64,000 nt of DNA from Lama glama (taxonomy: Eukaryota), in NCBI GenBank assembly GCA_028534125.1, contig CM052817.1:103604001-103668000 (forward strand). Direction: 5' to 3'. Below are positions 37,175 through 50,131 of this stretch, in pieces (position 1 is the first letter of the stretch; every line of letters starts with the position of its first letter). The notes below the pieces were generated by a model. The model was not told the origin of the DNA, ran no database searches, and saw nothing but the letters and a program-made list of their open reading frames with translations. Made by a program: the position numbers and the translations under genes.

Positions 37175-40100
37175 ACTCCACCTACATCTATGGATAAATC
37201 ATGGAGACAGGAAATCAAGGAAACAGCAGCCTTAAATAAAATATTAGACCAGATGGATTTGGTAGAACTGTGCAGAACATTCCATCCAAATGCTGCAGAA
37301 TACACATTCTTCTCCAGTGCACATGGAACTCTCTTAAGGATAGAGCATATATTGGGACATAAAATAAATCTTAATACATTTATGAAGACTGAACTTGTTT
37401 CAAGTATCTTTTCTGATCACAGAGATATAAAACTAGAATTCAACTACAAGAAGAAAACTGGAAAAATCACAAACGTGTGAAAACTAAATAACATGATGCT
37501 GAACAGCTACTGAGTTAATGAAGAAATTACAGGAGAAATCAAAAATTACCTAAGACAAATGAAAATGAATACACAACACATCAAAATCTATGGGATATAG
37601 CAAAAGTGGTACTAAGAAGGACGTTTATAGACACATAAGTCTACCTCAGGAAAAAAGAAAAATTTCAAATAAATACCTAAAGGAACTAGGAAAAATAAGA
37701 GCAAGTGAAGTCCAAAGTCTGTAGAAGGAAGGGAATAATAGAGATCAGAGTTGACATAAATGAAACAGAAACCAAAAAGACAGTAGAAAAGATCAATGAA
37801 ACTATGAGCAGATTCTTTGAAAAGATAAACAAAATTGACAAATCTTTAGCTAGACTCATCAAGAAAAAAAAGAGAAGGCTCTGAAAAATCAGAAATGAAA
37901 GAGGAGAAATAACAATAGATATACAGAAACACAAAGGATTATATGAGACTATTATAAACAGCTATCTGCCAACAAATTGGACAACCTAGAGGAAATGAAC
38001 AAGTTCTTAGAATCTTACAACCTTCCAAGACTGAATCATGAAGCAATCGAAAGTCTGAACAGACGGATCACCAGTACAGAGATGAAACAGTAATCAAAAA
38101 GTTCCCAACTAACAGAAGTCCAGGACCAGAGGCTTCACAGATGAATTCTACCAAACATTCAAAGAAGATTTAAAACCTATCCTTCTCAAACTGTTTCAAA
38201 AAATTGAATAGACAGAAACACCTCCTAACTCATTCTGAGGCCACCATCACCCTGATACCATAAACAGACAAAGGCAACACACAAAAAAAGAAAATTAAAG
38301 GCCATATCTCTGATGAACATGGACACAAAAATCCTCAACAAAATATTAGCAAAATGAATGCAATGACACATTGCAAGGATAATACATCATGATCAAGTGG
38401 GATTTATTCCAAGGTTGCAGAAATGGTTCAACAACCACAAATCAATCATCATGATACGTTACCATAATAAAATGAAGGCTAAAAACCACATAATTATCTC
38501 AACAGATGCAGAAAAAGCATTTGACAAGATTCAACATCCATTTATAATAAAATTTCTTAATAAAGTAGGTATAGAAGGAATATACTTCAATAAAGGCTAT
38601 ACACGACAAACTCACACCTAACATCATACTCAATGGTGAAAAACTGGAAGTTGTCTCTCTAAAATTAGGACCAAAACAGGAATGTCAACTTTCATTACTC
38701 TTATTCAACATAGTGTTGGAAGTCTTAGCCAGAGCAATTAATAAGAAAAAGAAATAAAAGAGATCCAAATTGGAAAGGAAGAAGCAAAAGTGTCATTATT
38801 TGCAGATGAAATGATTTTATATATAGAAGACCCTAAAGACTGCACCAAAAACTATTAGAAATAATACACAAATATAGTAAAGTTTCAGGATACAAAATCA
38901 ATATACAAAAATCTCTTGCATTTCTATGTGCTAACAAGTTAGCCACAAGAGAAATTAAGAAAACAATCCCATTTACAATCATAACAAAAAGATAAAATAC
39001 CTAGGAATAAACTTAACCAAGGAAGTGAAAGACCTGAACATTGAAAACTATGACACTCTTGAAAGAAACTGAAGACACAAATAAATGCAAAGATATTCTA
39101 CACTCATGGACTGGAAGAATTAACATTGTCAAAATAACCATTTTACCTAAAGCAATCTATAGATTCAATGCAATCATTATCAAATTCCCAAGGACATTTT
39201 TCACATAAATAGAACAAAAAAATTCTAAAATTTTTATGAAACCACAAAAGGCCCTGAATAGCCAAAGTAATCCTGAGAAAAAAAGAACAAAGCTGGGGGT
39301 ATCACAGTCCCTGATTTCAAACTATATCACAAAGCTGTAGTAATCAAAACAGCATGAAACTGGTAGAAAAACCAGGTACATAGATCAACAGAACAGAAAT
39401 GACAGCCCAGAAATAAACCCACACATATATGGACAATTAATTTATGACAAAGGAGAAAAAAACATACACTGGAGAAAAGACAGTCCTTCAATAAACAGTA
39501 TTGGGAAAACTGGACAGCCACATGCAAAAAAATGAAACTAGACCATTATCTCACATTATACTTAAAAATCAACTCAAAATGGATTAAAGACTTGAATTTA
39601 AAACCTGAAACCATAAAACTTCTAGACGAAAACTTTGGCAGCATGCTCTTTGACATCAGTCTTAGCAATATCTTTATAGATATATCTCGTCAGGCTAGAG
39701 AAACAAAAGCAAAAATAGATAAATGGTACTACATCAAACTAAAAAGCTTTTGCACAGCAAAGAAAACCACCACCACTAACAACAAAAGATGATTTACCAA
39801 ATGGGAGAAGATATTTGCAAGCAGTGTACCTGACAAAATACATAAAAGCTCATACAACTCAACAGCAATAAAAAATGCAACCCAGTTAAAAAATGGTCAG
39901 AGACACTGAATAGACATTTTTCCAAAGAAGACATACAGATGGCCGACAGACACATGAAAAGATTTTCTGCATCATTAATCATCAGAGAAATGCAAGTCAA
40001 AACCATAATGAGATAGCACCTCACACCTGTCAGAATGGCCATCATCAAAAAGACACGGAATAACAAGTGCTTGGTGAGGATGTGGAGAAAAGGGAACCCT

Positions 40101-40770
40101 CGTGCCCTGTTGGTGGGAACGTAAATTGGTGCAGCCACTATGGAAAACAGTATGGAGGTTCCTCAAAAAATTAAGAATAGAACTACCATTTGATCCAGCT
40201 ATCCCACTTCTGGGTATTTATGCAAAGAATATAAATGCACTAATTCAAAAAGATATCTGCACTCCCGTGTTCATCGCAACATTATTTACAATAGACTATG
40301 GAAACAAGCTAAGTGTCCATCAACAGATGAATGAATAAAGAGGATGTGATAGACACACACATGCATACACACACACAGTGGAATATTACTCAGCCATAAT
40401 AGATGAAATCTTGCCATTTGTTGTAACATGGATGGACCTTCCTCTGATGGAGGAAGATAAATACTGTAAGACTTCACTCATACGTGGAATTTAAAAAAAC
40501 AAACAAACCAAAATAAATCAACAAACTAAATCAAACAAAAACAATTACAAAGATACAGAGAACAGAGTAGTGGTTACCAGAGGGGAGGGTTAAATGGGTG
40601 ACGGGGTCAAGGGGGTCTGATGTGTGGTAACAAACAGAAACTAAATATACAGTGGTGAGCACACTGAACTACATACAGAAATAGAACTATAGTGTTGTAC
40701 ACAGGAAACACACAATGTTATAAACCAATGTCACCTCAATACAAATAAATCCCAAAACAATAAAATGATA
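37175..40770 (+). mobile_element. ~3.6-kb L1 (late endonuclease domain through RT to 3' UTR), inactive
   Basis: ORFs 37190 (APE-like: FHPNAAEYTFFSSAHGT...SDH), 38397 ([15 protein letters not shown]), 39532, 40102; many stops; catalytic FADD reads FADE at 38799-38810; 3' UTR differs from the young copies. Confidence 0.97.
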
Positions 40771-40774
40771 AGGT

Positions 40775-42235
40775 TTCTAGGAGAAAAAAAATATTGAAGA
40801 GTATCTCTGCAACTCGGGAATAAAAAAAGGCTTTTAGGTAGCACACGAAAATTAATAACTATACAAAATACAGGTAATTAGACTCCATCAAATTTAAAAC
40901 TAGTTCTCAACAAACTACACATTTAAGCAAATGAATGGGCAACCCATAGACTGGGAGAACATATCTGCATAATAGACATCTGATCCAGGACTTGCGCTGC
41001 AATGTGTACTGGCAAAATCTCCTCCAACTCAATAATAAAAAAGCAAACCACCCAAGTTTTAAAAATCAAGCCAAATATTTGAACAGACATTCAACAAAGG
41101 AAGCTATACAAATGACCCACAAGCCCATGGGAAAATGCTTAGCAACCTTAGTCATCAGGTAAATGCAAACAAAACCACAATGAGACAGCGTTACCTCACC
41201 ACCAGTAAAACAAAAATTTAAAGGTCTGACCACCTCAGAATTAGCAGGTGTGGAAAAACAGAAGTGAGGGAGATAAAATGATGCAATCACTTTGGAAAAG
41301 GCTCTGATAGTGTCTTATAAAACTAAAATTATTAGTACATTATGAGCCAGCAATTCTACTCCTAGGTATTTACACAAGAGGCTGAAAGCGTATGTCCAGT
41401 GAAAGTTACATGTGAGAAGCATGCTTGTTCATAATAGCCCCAAAGTGGATAAAGCTCAGGTGTCCATCTACAAAGGAATGGATCAACATACCGTGCTACA
41501 CTGGTACAATGGAATAGTATTGGAATACTACTTATCAGTAAAAACGGAATGGTTTAACCGACACACTCAAACACATGAATGAATCTAAAAAGGATCGCAT
41601 GTGCATACTGTATCAAGGAGGAGAAGAGAGTTTGCCCGTAGGGATGGGAAAAGGGACTGACTGGGCAGGGGAATCAAAAGCCTTTGAAGATCTGAAACGA
41701 TGGTATTGTTCTATATCTTGACAGGGGCTTGGATTACACAAAGGTATATGTTCATCAAAACTCATCAGTGGTAGGATGCATGCTTAGCATGCACAAGGTC
41801 CTGGATTCACTCCTCGGTATCTCCACTAAAAATAAATTAAAAAATAAAAAAACCTAATTACCATCCCAAAATAAATAAATAAATAAAATATAATTTAAAA
41901 ACATCTCATCAAATGGTATACAAAAAGTGGCGCATTTCACTGTCCATGAATTTTATCACAAGGAAAAAGTTAAACAAGTATCAAACTCTAGTCAGTGATA
42001 TGTAACCCTAAGTGCTTAGGTAAAGCATATTGAGATCTGCAGCTTTAAAATGCACCATGAAAGTAATGAAGAAGAATTGATGGATAGATGAGTGGATATC
42101 GGATAGTACCTGAAGAAGCTAATACAGCTAAATGTTCACTGTAGACCCTATGTGGTAGTTATTGGTGCGTTCACGGTATAATTATTTCCATTTTTCTGTT
42201 CGCTTGGAATTTTTCATAATAAAAAGTTGGGAACA
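40775..42235 (+). mobile_element. Old L1M (L1MC/MD-like) ORF2 end and 3' UTR
   Basis: aaatgcaaacaaaaccacaatgagac, gagccagcaattctactcctaggtatttacac, ends ttttcataataaaaagttggg. Confidence 0.85.
41768..41898 (+). mobile_element. 5'-truncated tRNA-derived SINE inside L1M
   Basis: gtggtaggatgcatgcttagcatgcacaaggtcctgg...acctaattacc; flanking repeat ctcatca. Confidence 0.85.
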
Positions 42236-43064
42236 AAACGTTTTTGCTGCTCAGTCCCAGATAAAATAACTCAAGGTGGGGCTTGTAGATGTGAAAAGCA
42301 GCATTTTGTGTGTGTTTGTGCGGACTGATTATAAATACTGCATCCCAGAGACATTTTGTTTTTAATTGTTGATAATGTCATTGCTGCTCTGTCTCAACAG
42401 AGTTGTCTTGTGAGCCTGGGGAGCTCTTCTGTACCTCATCACACAACACAACATCAGTTTGATCAAACCTGGTTTTTGAGACATTCCCCACAATATTTTA
42501 TGTCAAACTGCTAGTTGAATATCTAGAAAAAAAGTATGTTGGTCACAGATTTATATCCCCAGAGTTATGTTACAGGGCTTTAGAAATATTCAGGAAGAAA
42601 TGTTGTCATTTATCTGCTTTCAAGCTATATTAAAAATAAATACATCATTATTTAACTATGTTCCTCAGAATTATTTCTCTTGAAATTATTTCTTGCTTTC
42701 ACCATATTTTAACAGCAAGAAAGTCCGAGTGTGGTCTTGTGATTTCATTTAATTTGCTGTATTCTACCCTAGAATTAAATGAAAAGACGTTATCTTCTAC
42801 CTTGGGGGTGGGAAACTAGCACAAAGAAACCAATCATAGCAAAGGAGGAGAAAGGTATTCAGAAGGGCTGTTCGACAAAGTAGAGATTTTTCCTCCACCT
42901 TTTAACTATATTTCTCTTAGTTTTTAAAAAAAAAATCTTCAGGAAGAACAGTAAGTGAATTTCATAGCTCTGGTGGTAGAATGTATTACTGGTCCATATG
43001 GACTAATAAAAAGATAGTTTCATTTAGAGATTAAAAAGTATAAGGATTTTGTAAAAAAACTTAC

Positions 43065-43293
43065 CAGCAGTATTCCTGTCCCTGAGAGAGGCTAGGCAGA
43101 AACCCATGAGGCTGATTCACACAGAGGCTTCAGTGTCTTGGGGTCAGGACGGGACAGGCTGCAGCCGTTAATAAACATTTCACTGAACTCTACCAGGCAG
43201 TGAAAACGTAGGTGCTTCCTGAGGCCACTTCATTAAGGAAAGTTTAGTAATCTCCTAGCTGGAGTAGGATTTGTCCAAGGAGAAGCTGTACCT
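43065..43293 (-). other. Candidate non-coding internal exon (229 nt)
   Basis: Minus-strand acceptor ttttttttttccccctttcttttag| and donor CTG|GTAAGT; stops in all three frames; non-repetitive and GC-richer than flanks. Confidence 0.35.
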
Positions 43294-43622
43294 CTAAAAG
43301 AAAGGGGGAAAAAAAAAACTTATGAAGTATCAAAAAGGAAACAGTGTGAATAAAATTCAGTTATTTATTTACCATCTGTGTCACACCCTCCTGCAAATAT
43401 TGCCAACATACATAGCTCTGAGCCAGCAGAGCGGGTCCTCAACTGACACGCATGGAGGTTCAACAGGTGGTTTATGGGAGTGACGTGGCTGAACACAGGT
43501 CAATTTCTATAGCCTTCTTTAAGGATTAGCTGGGCTGAACAAATATGAGTTTGGTGAAAAATTAACCACTTTTCAACCACTGTTTATCTTGAGACTTTAC
43601 AATTAGTTGTTAGCTTGTCTTG

Positions 43623-43732
43623 GGTTTTTTGGGTTTTTTTAAAAATTTTTTTTAATGGAGGTACTGGAGATTGAACCCAGGACCTCATGTCTGCTAAGCA
43701 TGGGCTCTACCACCGAGCTATTCCCCACCCTC
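43623..43732 (-). mobile_element. tRNA-Ala-derived SINE, short form
   Basis: Head plus simple tail; exact TSD tagcttgtcttg (43611-43622 / 43733-43744). Confidence 0.92.
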
Positions 43733-44149
43733 TAGCTTGTCTTGTTTTTTATCCTTGCATTTTAAGTAGCCCCCTCTTTTTTTTTTTTTGATGTTTACTT
43801 CCCTAGATTATCTCATTCCTTTACTTTCTCTTAATCATTATTTTTTTTACCCTAAAAGCATTAATTCATAAATTAATGCAGTAAGAGCAATACTTCTGGG
43901 AAGACTTTAGCACTATTAAATGTTCCCCTTCTGAGGCCTTTGAATGGAGGGAGTTATTACAAGGGGCTGCTAAATTTACATGTCTGCTGTATGAAAGTCT
44001 GCGATCTCTCCCAAAATGCAAGAAATACCACACTGATGTCTGAAAGAACAGGGGACATTGAGACAGGGAAGCTCCAAGCCCTATCACAGGCCATGTTCCA
44101 CGGGGTTCTAATTCAGCCTCCCCGCTCCTCAACAGCACTTCCATGACAA

Positions 44150-44310
44150 GAATCCCCAGCAAGTTAGGAGTGGAAGGAATCGTCCTCAACCTGATAACAG
44201 GTATTTATAGAAACCTAGAGTAATCCTTATCCTTAAAGGTGAAACACTGAATGCTATTCTCCTAAGGCAGTCTAGCCACTTTTGACATTACACTGGAGGT
44301 TCTAGCCTGG
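44150..44310 (+). mobile_element. Old L1 ORF2 (RT) fragment
   Basis: cagcaagttaggagtggaaggaatcgtcctcaacctgataac...ggtgaaacactgaatgct...actggaggttctagcc. Confidence 0.7.
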
Positions 44311-44359
44311 GCACAGTGTGCCTTTCATAACACTTTCACATAGAAATTTCCTTCTTTCA

Positions 44360-45250
44360 GGCATATAAATGGCCAACAGGCACATGAAAAAATGCTTGGT
44401 ATCGCTAATTATCAGAGAAATGCAGATCAAAACTACAATGAGATATCACCCCATACCAGTCAGAATGGCCATCTTTCAAAAGTCCATGAATGATAAACCC
44501 TGGAGAGAGTGTGGGGAAAAGGGAACCCTCCTACACTGCTGGTGGGAATGCAGTATGGTGCAGCCATTATGGAAAACAGTATGGAGATTCCTCAAAGGAC
44601 TGAAAACAGACTTACCATATGATCCAGCAATCTCACTCCTGGGCATATATCCAGAGGGAACCTTAATTCAAAAAGATACATGCACCCCAATGTTCACAGC
44701 AGCACTATTTACAGTAGCCAAGACATGTAAACAACCTAGATGTCCACTGACAGACGACTGGATAAAGAAGATGTGGTACATTTATACAACAGAATACTAC
44801 TCAGCCATAAAAAGGATAAAATAATGCCATTTACAGCAACATGGATGGACCTGGAGAAGGTCATTCTAAGTGAAGTAAGCCAGAAAGAGAAAGAAAAATA
44901 TCATATGATATCACTTAAATATGGAATCAAATGAAAAGATAAATGAACTTTTACAAAACAGAAACAGACTCACAGACATAGAAAACAAACTTACGGTTAC
45001 CAGGGAGAAATGAGGTGGGAAGGGATAAATTGTAAGTTCGAGATTTGTGGATACGAACTACTATATATAAAATAGATAAACAAATTTCTACTGTATAGCA
45101 CAGGGAACTATGTTCAGTGTCTTGGAGTAACCTATAATGAAAAAGAATCTGAAAAGGAATATATGTATGTATATGTATGACTAAAACATTATGCTGTGCA
45201 CCAGAAATTGACACATTGTAAACTGACTGCAGTTCAATTAAAAAAAAAGG
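44360..45250 (+). mobile_element. 5'-truncated young L1
   Basis: ORF 44369-44824 is the ORF2 C-terminus; full 3' UTR with A tail; imperfect TSD aaatttccttctttca / aaatttccttgctctca. Confidence 0.96.
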
Positions 45251-45669
45251 AAAAAATTTCCTTGCTCTCATTCTTGTTTTTTAGGCATTTATTTATCTCA
45301 CTAAAGACCACCAACTTCAACTCATACAATCAAATATGCAGAAATACTCTGCTTTATTTTTACTACAAGTAAGTAGATTACTACATACATTTTACTGTAT
45401 TTTGATTTTTCCATTTAATATATCTTGGGGATTATTCTAAGATAAATATATTTTTAAAATAAAGTTATGAGGGTTTGTTCTTTTATTTTTATTTTTAAAT
45501 TATTTTTAATTCTTGATAATTGAGAAATTAAAACATATACACAGACAGATACCAATATACCCGCTGTTCAGCTTCAGTAATGATTAACTCTAGGTGAGTT
45601 ATCAACTCAAAGCAATTATCAACTCCATTCTTTATGATTTTTTAAAATTTGAATTTTTACATGTGAATT

Positions 45670-46040
45670 TTTAAAAAATACGGTATTGTATTAATATGTA
45701 CAACATAGCGATTCAATATTTTTATACATTATGAAATGATCACCACAAAACGTCCAGCTACCATCTGTCACCACTCAAAGCTGTCCCAGTATTACTGACG
45801 ATTCTCTATGTGTACATTACTTCCCCGTGATTTATTTATTACATAACTGGAAATTTTCAGCTCTTGATCCCCTTCACCTGTTTCATCTGTCCCCACCCGC
45901 CCCTCTGGCAACCACCCGTTTATTCTCTGTATCTATGAATCTGTTTCTGGTTTTCTTGCTTTGTTTTTAGATTCCACCTAGAAGTGAAATCATGGGGTTT
46001 TCATCTTTCTCTGTCTGATTTATTTCATTTAGCATAACAG
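45670..46040 (-). mobile_element. L1 3' UTR fragment (L1MA9-like type)
   Basis: gtacaacatagcgattcaatatt...ccctctggcaaccacccg...ttagattccacctagaagtgaaatc. Confidence 0.85.
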
Positions 46041-46161
46041 TGGGTTTGATATTTTATAATACTATATCAAAATAATTTTTTCCTGTCCTGTATTTTTTTA
46101 TTTTCACATTAAAATACTATTAAATACTACATTAAAGTCAAATTATTTAAAAAGTTAACAT

Positions 46162-46180
46162 AGACCACTAGGTGGTGCTG
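46162..46180 (+). promoter_or_regulatory. Candidate CTCF site
   Basis: AGACCACTAGGTGGTGCTG matches core CCACYAGRKGGCRC with one mismatch, isolated in AT-rich DNA. Confidence 0.6.
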
Positions 46181-46457
46181 TCATCACAAAGAAATGAAAT
46201 ACATAGTATTTTAAAAATAATTTGCACATGGTAAGGAAAAAACCCAACTACTAAAAAAAGTACAAAGTAAAAAAATGTGGGCTAAACTTCTAATTCTACT
46301 ATTCTACAAAGGTAGTCGCTGATAACATGGAGATTTTCTCTTTTCCCAGTTATTTTACCCATATTAGTATACCTCTATATTAATTTTTCAATTATTAATA
46401 TATTCTTTAATAAAAAATTTATCTCATCCATACATTGTTATTTTGAAACTTACTTTT

Positions 46458-46628
46458 AAAAATATATTTTATTTATTTATTACTGTATTACTTAATTATT
46501 TTATTTTTGGCAGGGAGGGGCAGAGAAGTAATTAGTTTTATTTATTTTTAGAGGCGGTACTGGGGATTGAACTCCAGACCTCGTGCATGCTAGGCATGTG
46601 CCTCTACCACTGAGCTACACCCTCCCCC
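46458..46628 (-). mobile_element. tRNA-Ala-derived SINE
   Basis: Typical head; exact TSD tgaaacttactttt (46444-46457 / 46629-46642). Confidence 0.93.
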
Positions 46629-47052
46629 TGAAACTTACTTTTTTAAGCTAATAGTAAGTAATAGAGTTCTTTCCATGTCAGCAAATATAATTAGTTTTAT
46701 TCTTCAATAAAAGTTGTTGAGTAAACTGTTTTAAATGCTCAGAACATTATAACATGTTCCAATTATATTTTATTTGTGTCATAATTATTTAATGTTATTC
46801 TTATTTGTTATAATTGATTTCACTGCTAATAACAGATATTTAGGTTGCTCCTGCATTCTTGCTTGTGCAAACAGCAGTGCATAACCCTTCCCTGTGCGTT
46901 AATATTTTGGGCCCTCAGTGAGCCCTTTCAGTCTGGAAACTTATGCCCTTCTATTCTGGAAAAATTTTCGTTTAGTTCTTTGATAATTTCCTCCCCCTCT
47001 ATTTTCTCTTTCAAGAATTCCTATTATTAAGATGAATAATCCTGCTAGACAC

Positions 47053-47175
47053 TTTCTTCCTTCCTCCTTGCTTCCTTCCTTCCTTTCTTCCAGAAGAGGT
47101 ACTGGGGATTGAACCCAGGATCTTGTGTAGGCTGAGCATGTGCTCTCCCACTTGAGCTGTACCCTCCTCCCCCCA
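47053..47175 (-). mobile_element. tRNA-Ala-derived SINE with (GGAA)n tail
   Basis: gaggtactggggattgaacccagg...tgagctgtaccctcc preceded by (CCTT)n. Confidence 0.88.
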
Positions 47176-47311
47176 TCCATTTTTTTAAAATAACTTTCAC
47201 TTCTATTTTTCATCTCGGTCACTTTGTTCTCCTGCTTTGTGACCTCAGTTTTATTTTCTGATCCTCAGACTCTTTATATCTGCTGTCATTAGTTTTTCTC
47301 AAAATTTATTC

Positions 47312-47366
47312 ATATTATATTATATGTTATGTTATATTATATTATATTATATTATATATATTATAA
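47312..47366 (+). repeat. (TATAT)n microsatellite
   Basis: Direct tandem units. Confidence 0.9.
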
Positions 47367-47502
47367 ATGACATTGTGAATGAAAATGAGGTGAATCAAAG
47401 TGCAGCACTGAAATAAGGTTCAGATAATGCTTTAGTCATTATGAGACCACATGTGGCAGGTCACCCCAGTTGTTTTAATCTAATAAAGCATTCTCCATTT
47501 TC

Positions 47503-47615
47503 AGTGGGGCCACCAACTCTCCTGGCTTGCCTGGGACTGTGGATGTCCTGGGATGGAAGGCATTCTGTGCTAAAATGAAGGTGGTCCCGGACAAGCCAGG
47601 ATGGTTGGTCTCCCT
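47503..47615. mobile_element. MER81-like hAT-Blackjack MITE
   Basis: Imperfect terminal inverted repeats gggccaccaactctcctggcttgcctgggact / gtcccggacaagccaggatggttggtctcccta; ~113 bp. Confidence 0.8.
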
Positions 47616-48399
47616 ACCTCTGGATACTCTTTTTTGGTGGCATCCTCTTCTTTTTTCTTAATTGCAATTGTCTTTTTTTTTCTCTCCCTCTAAGAATGTT
47701 AATCATAGTTTTTAAAAGGACTTTGTTTTTCACTATATTAAGTGTTGTCTCTACTTCTTTGGGCTCCTTTGGTTCATTTATTTTAGTCTGTCCTTTGAGT
47801 TGGAGACATTGCACAAATATCTTATAACTGGCTGATCACATTTGCGAGTGTTGACTGGAAGCTTTGGGAGGGCGGCAGGGTCTGTCAGCCACTGCGTGTT
47901 ACTGCAGGGGGATTGGGGAGGGACCCAGCATGTCACTGTCAGATGGTCAAATGTCAGCCTAGAGTACTTTTCATCTGGTAGGCCAGTTTTCCCAAACAGA
48001 AATTCTCCATGTGCTGCTGGGCGGCCACCCTTCCATGGGAGCAGGGGGCGGAGCAGAGGACGGGGTGGCAATGTCTGGAAAGTCTGGTAAGCAGGAAGGG
48101 CTGGTAATCAGAAAGTTCTGGAAAACAGGCTTCCATGACTCCTCTGTTCTCAAGCGTGGACTTCGCTCTATCAGTTGTGTCTCTGGGACTAGATGCTTTG
48201 TGGCTCAAACTTTTCAAGACTGCAAAGACCTTGTCTTCTACTGTTTGCTGCAGAGAGGTCTTTCCCTAGCTGGATTGGAAGAACCGTTTCTGAGAGTCCA
48301 GTCCAATTCCTCTTTTGTAATGACTTTCAGTTAATTCTCCAGATTTCAATTTCAAATATTACAGAGTCTCATGGTCTTATTCCCAAAACCTTACAAAGA

Positions 48400-48800
48400 T
48401 GTCCTGGTTATTTCCTGTCTCCTAACGCCTGTCCTTAATGCCCCCTCTACAGACTCAATCCCAACGCGCCAGGCACAGTCCCAGTTCAGGACGCTTGCAT
48501 TTGCGGTGCCGCCTTCCACCAGGTCTTCACGTGAGTGGCCCCTCAGTTCCTTCAGTCTTTGCCCCAATGGCACTTTTTCTGCGAGGGCTTTCCAGGTCAC
48601 CAGACTTTAAAATGTACTCCCACCCATGCTACCTACCTGTGTTCTGATTTGTTTCACAGCCCTTATGACTATATGTATATATGTATATTTAATAGAACGT
48701 AAGCTCCCTATTGGAAGGATTAGATTAGGTTCATGAAGACAGGCATTTTGGCTTCCTTATTTCACCTGATTTCCCCAATAAACAGGTGTGCTTGGCAAAT
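48400..48800. mobile_element. L2 3' fragment
   Basis: caggacgcttgcatttgcggtgcc...tagaacgtaagctccc...ttcatgaagacaggcattttg. Confidence 0.6.
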
Positions 48801-49479
48801 AGAATGATTTGCATTTCATTTCTGTCCTGCACTTCCACTTTCAGAAGTATCTGGTGCCTCGACTCTTGGGTCTTTCCAGGGCAAAGCAAATACGCTTGAT
48901 TCTTCTTCATTGCCCCAACCCTATATGCACTTAATTTCCAGATGTCTCTGTTCTAACTCAGTACCGCTTCCCCGTCTGCTTTCTAGATTCTAAAATTTTG
49001 TGCTCCCTTCGGTCTTCTGCTGTCTCATTTCATGCTGTCTTTGTCTTTACAAAATTATGCCTTCATAAAAAAAAATCCTCTATTGTAATCTTAGTAGGGG
49101 TTTGGGAAAAGATGGAGAAAATCATGTGTGTTCTACTCATGAAATTTAAGCAGAAGTCCTGAAGCATTTCTCCACATATTTTGGCTACTCGTATTTACTG
49201 TTGTATGAAGTGCATTTTCCTTAGTGTTGCTCCTCTTCTGCTGTTTAATGGTGATTCCTTTTGTAAATCAAGACTATGAGCTCTCTGTCATTTATGCTGC
49301 AAAGATTTTCCTCAGAAAGTTGTTCGGTTTTGGATTTTGTGTGATTCTATGCTTGCTGGTTTGTGACATTTTATTTTGTCAAATCTTTTCCTAAATATCA
49401 ATTGTGTTCATTCTTTGATTCCATTTCTGAATTCTCTAGTATGTTTGATCTGCTTGTAGTTTTGTCTTTTTCTTTTGTT

Positions 49480-50050
49480 TATAGCTTTGTTTTTTGCAAT
49501 AAACTCAGACTTACATGAAGTTTACAAGAATTGTACAAAAATTCCCCAAATGTTTATATTTTACCACATTTGCTTTATCTTTCTATTATTATTACTAATA
49601 CTTTCCAAGCCATTTGAGAGTAAATTGTAGACATAAAGATCCTTCATTCCTAAATATTTCACTGTGCATTTCCCAAATCTTAAATATCCTCAGCATGATA
49701 ATTCAGAGCAGTAAATTAGCATTGATTCAATGCGTCCATCTTAAGTAAAGACGTTTTTCAAATTTGCCAGTTTTCCTAATAATTTGATTTAAAGCAAAAG
49801 CAAAAAAAAGGAAATCCTTTGCCCAGGACCCACCCAGAAATGTCAATCCATCCATCGTGCCCCCTTAGCCTATAACCTGGAGCAGACCCTCAGTCTTTTT
49901 TTTTTTTTTTTGTATTTTAAGATGTGGCACTTTGAAGAGTACATTTTCTCAGTGAGGTTTGTTTGACATTTCTTCAACATTAGATACAATTTATACTCTT
50001 TGGATTGGAACACAGGAGTCACGTTGAGCACTTCATAGTCGTGTTAACAT
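49480..50050 (-). mobile_element. Old L1M 3' fragment
   Basis: cagacttacatgaagtttacaagaattgtacaaaa...ccatttgagagtaaattgtagacat. Confidence 0.65.
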
Positions 50051-50131
50051 TGCTCATTGGGTTACAGTAGTGGCCGACAGGTTTTTCCACTGGAAGGAGG
50101 CTTTGAGACTATGGAAAGATCTCATTTTTTA

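Larger units (their letters stand above)
46840..48350 (-). mobile_element. Old HAL1/L1M ORF1-region remnant, interrupted
   Basis: Minus ORF 47614-47814 (LLKTMINILRGREK) resembles the L1/HAL1 ORF1 coiled-coil start; flanks L1-like; split by SINE, microsatellite and MER81. Confidence 0.55.

Noticed and set aside
37175..40770. Possible active retrotransposon or novel RT system
   Set aside because: Ordinary L1 lacking 5' UTR and ORF1, with many stops/frameshifts and FADD changed to FADE
44369..44824. 151-aa ORF as a host gene (similarly 15982-16389 and 33537-33959)
   Set aside because: L1 ORF2 C-terminal sequence within TSD-flanked truncated insertions
47778..48647. Cluster of overlapping ORFs in a GC-richer stretch
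   Set aside because: No homology recognised; lies in probable old L1/HAL1 5' and L2 sequence where stop codons are rarer
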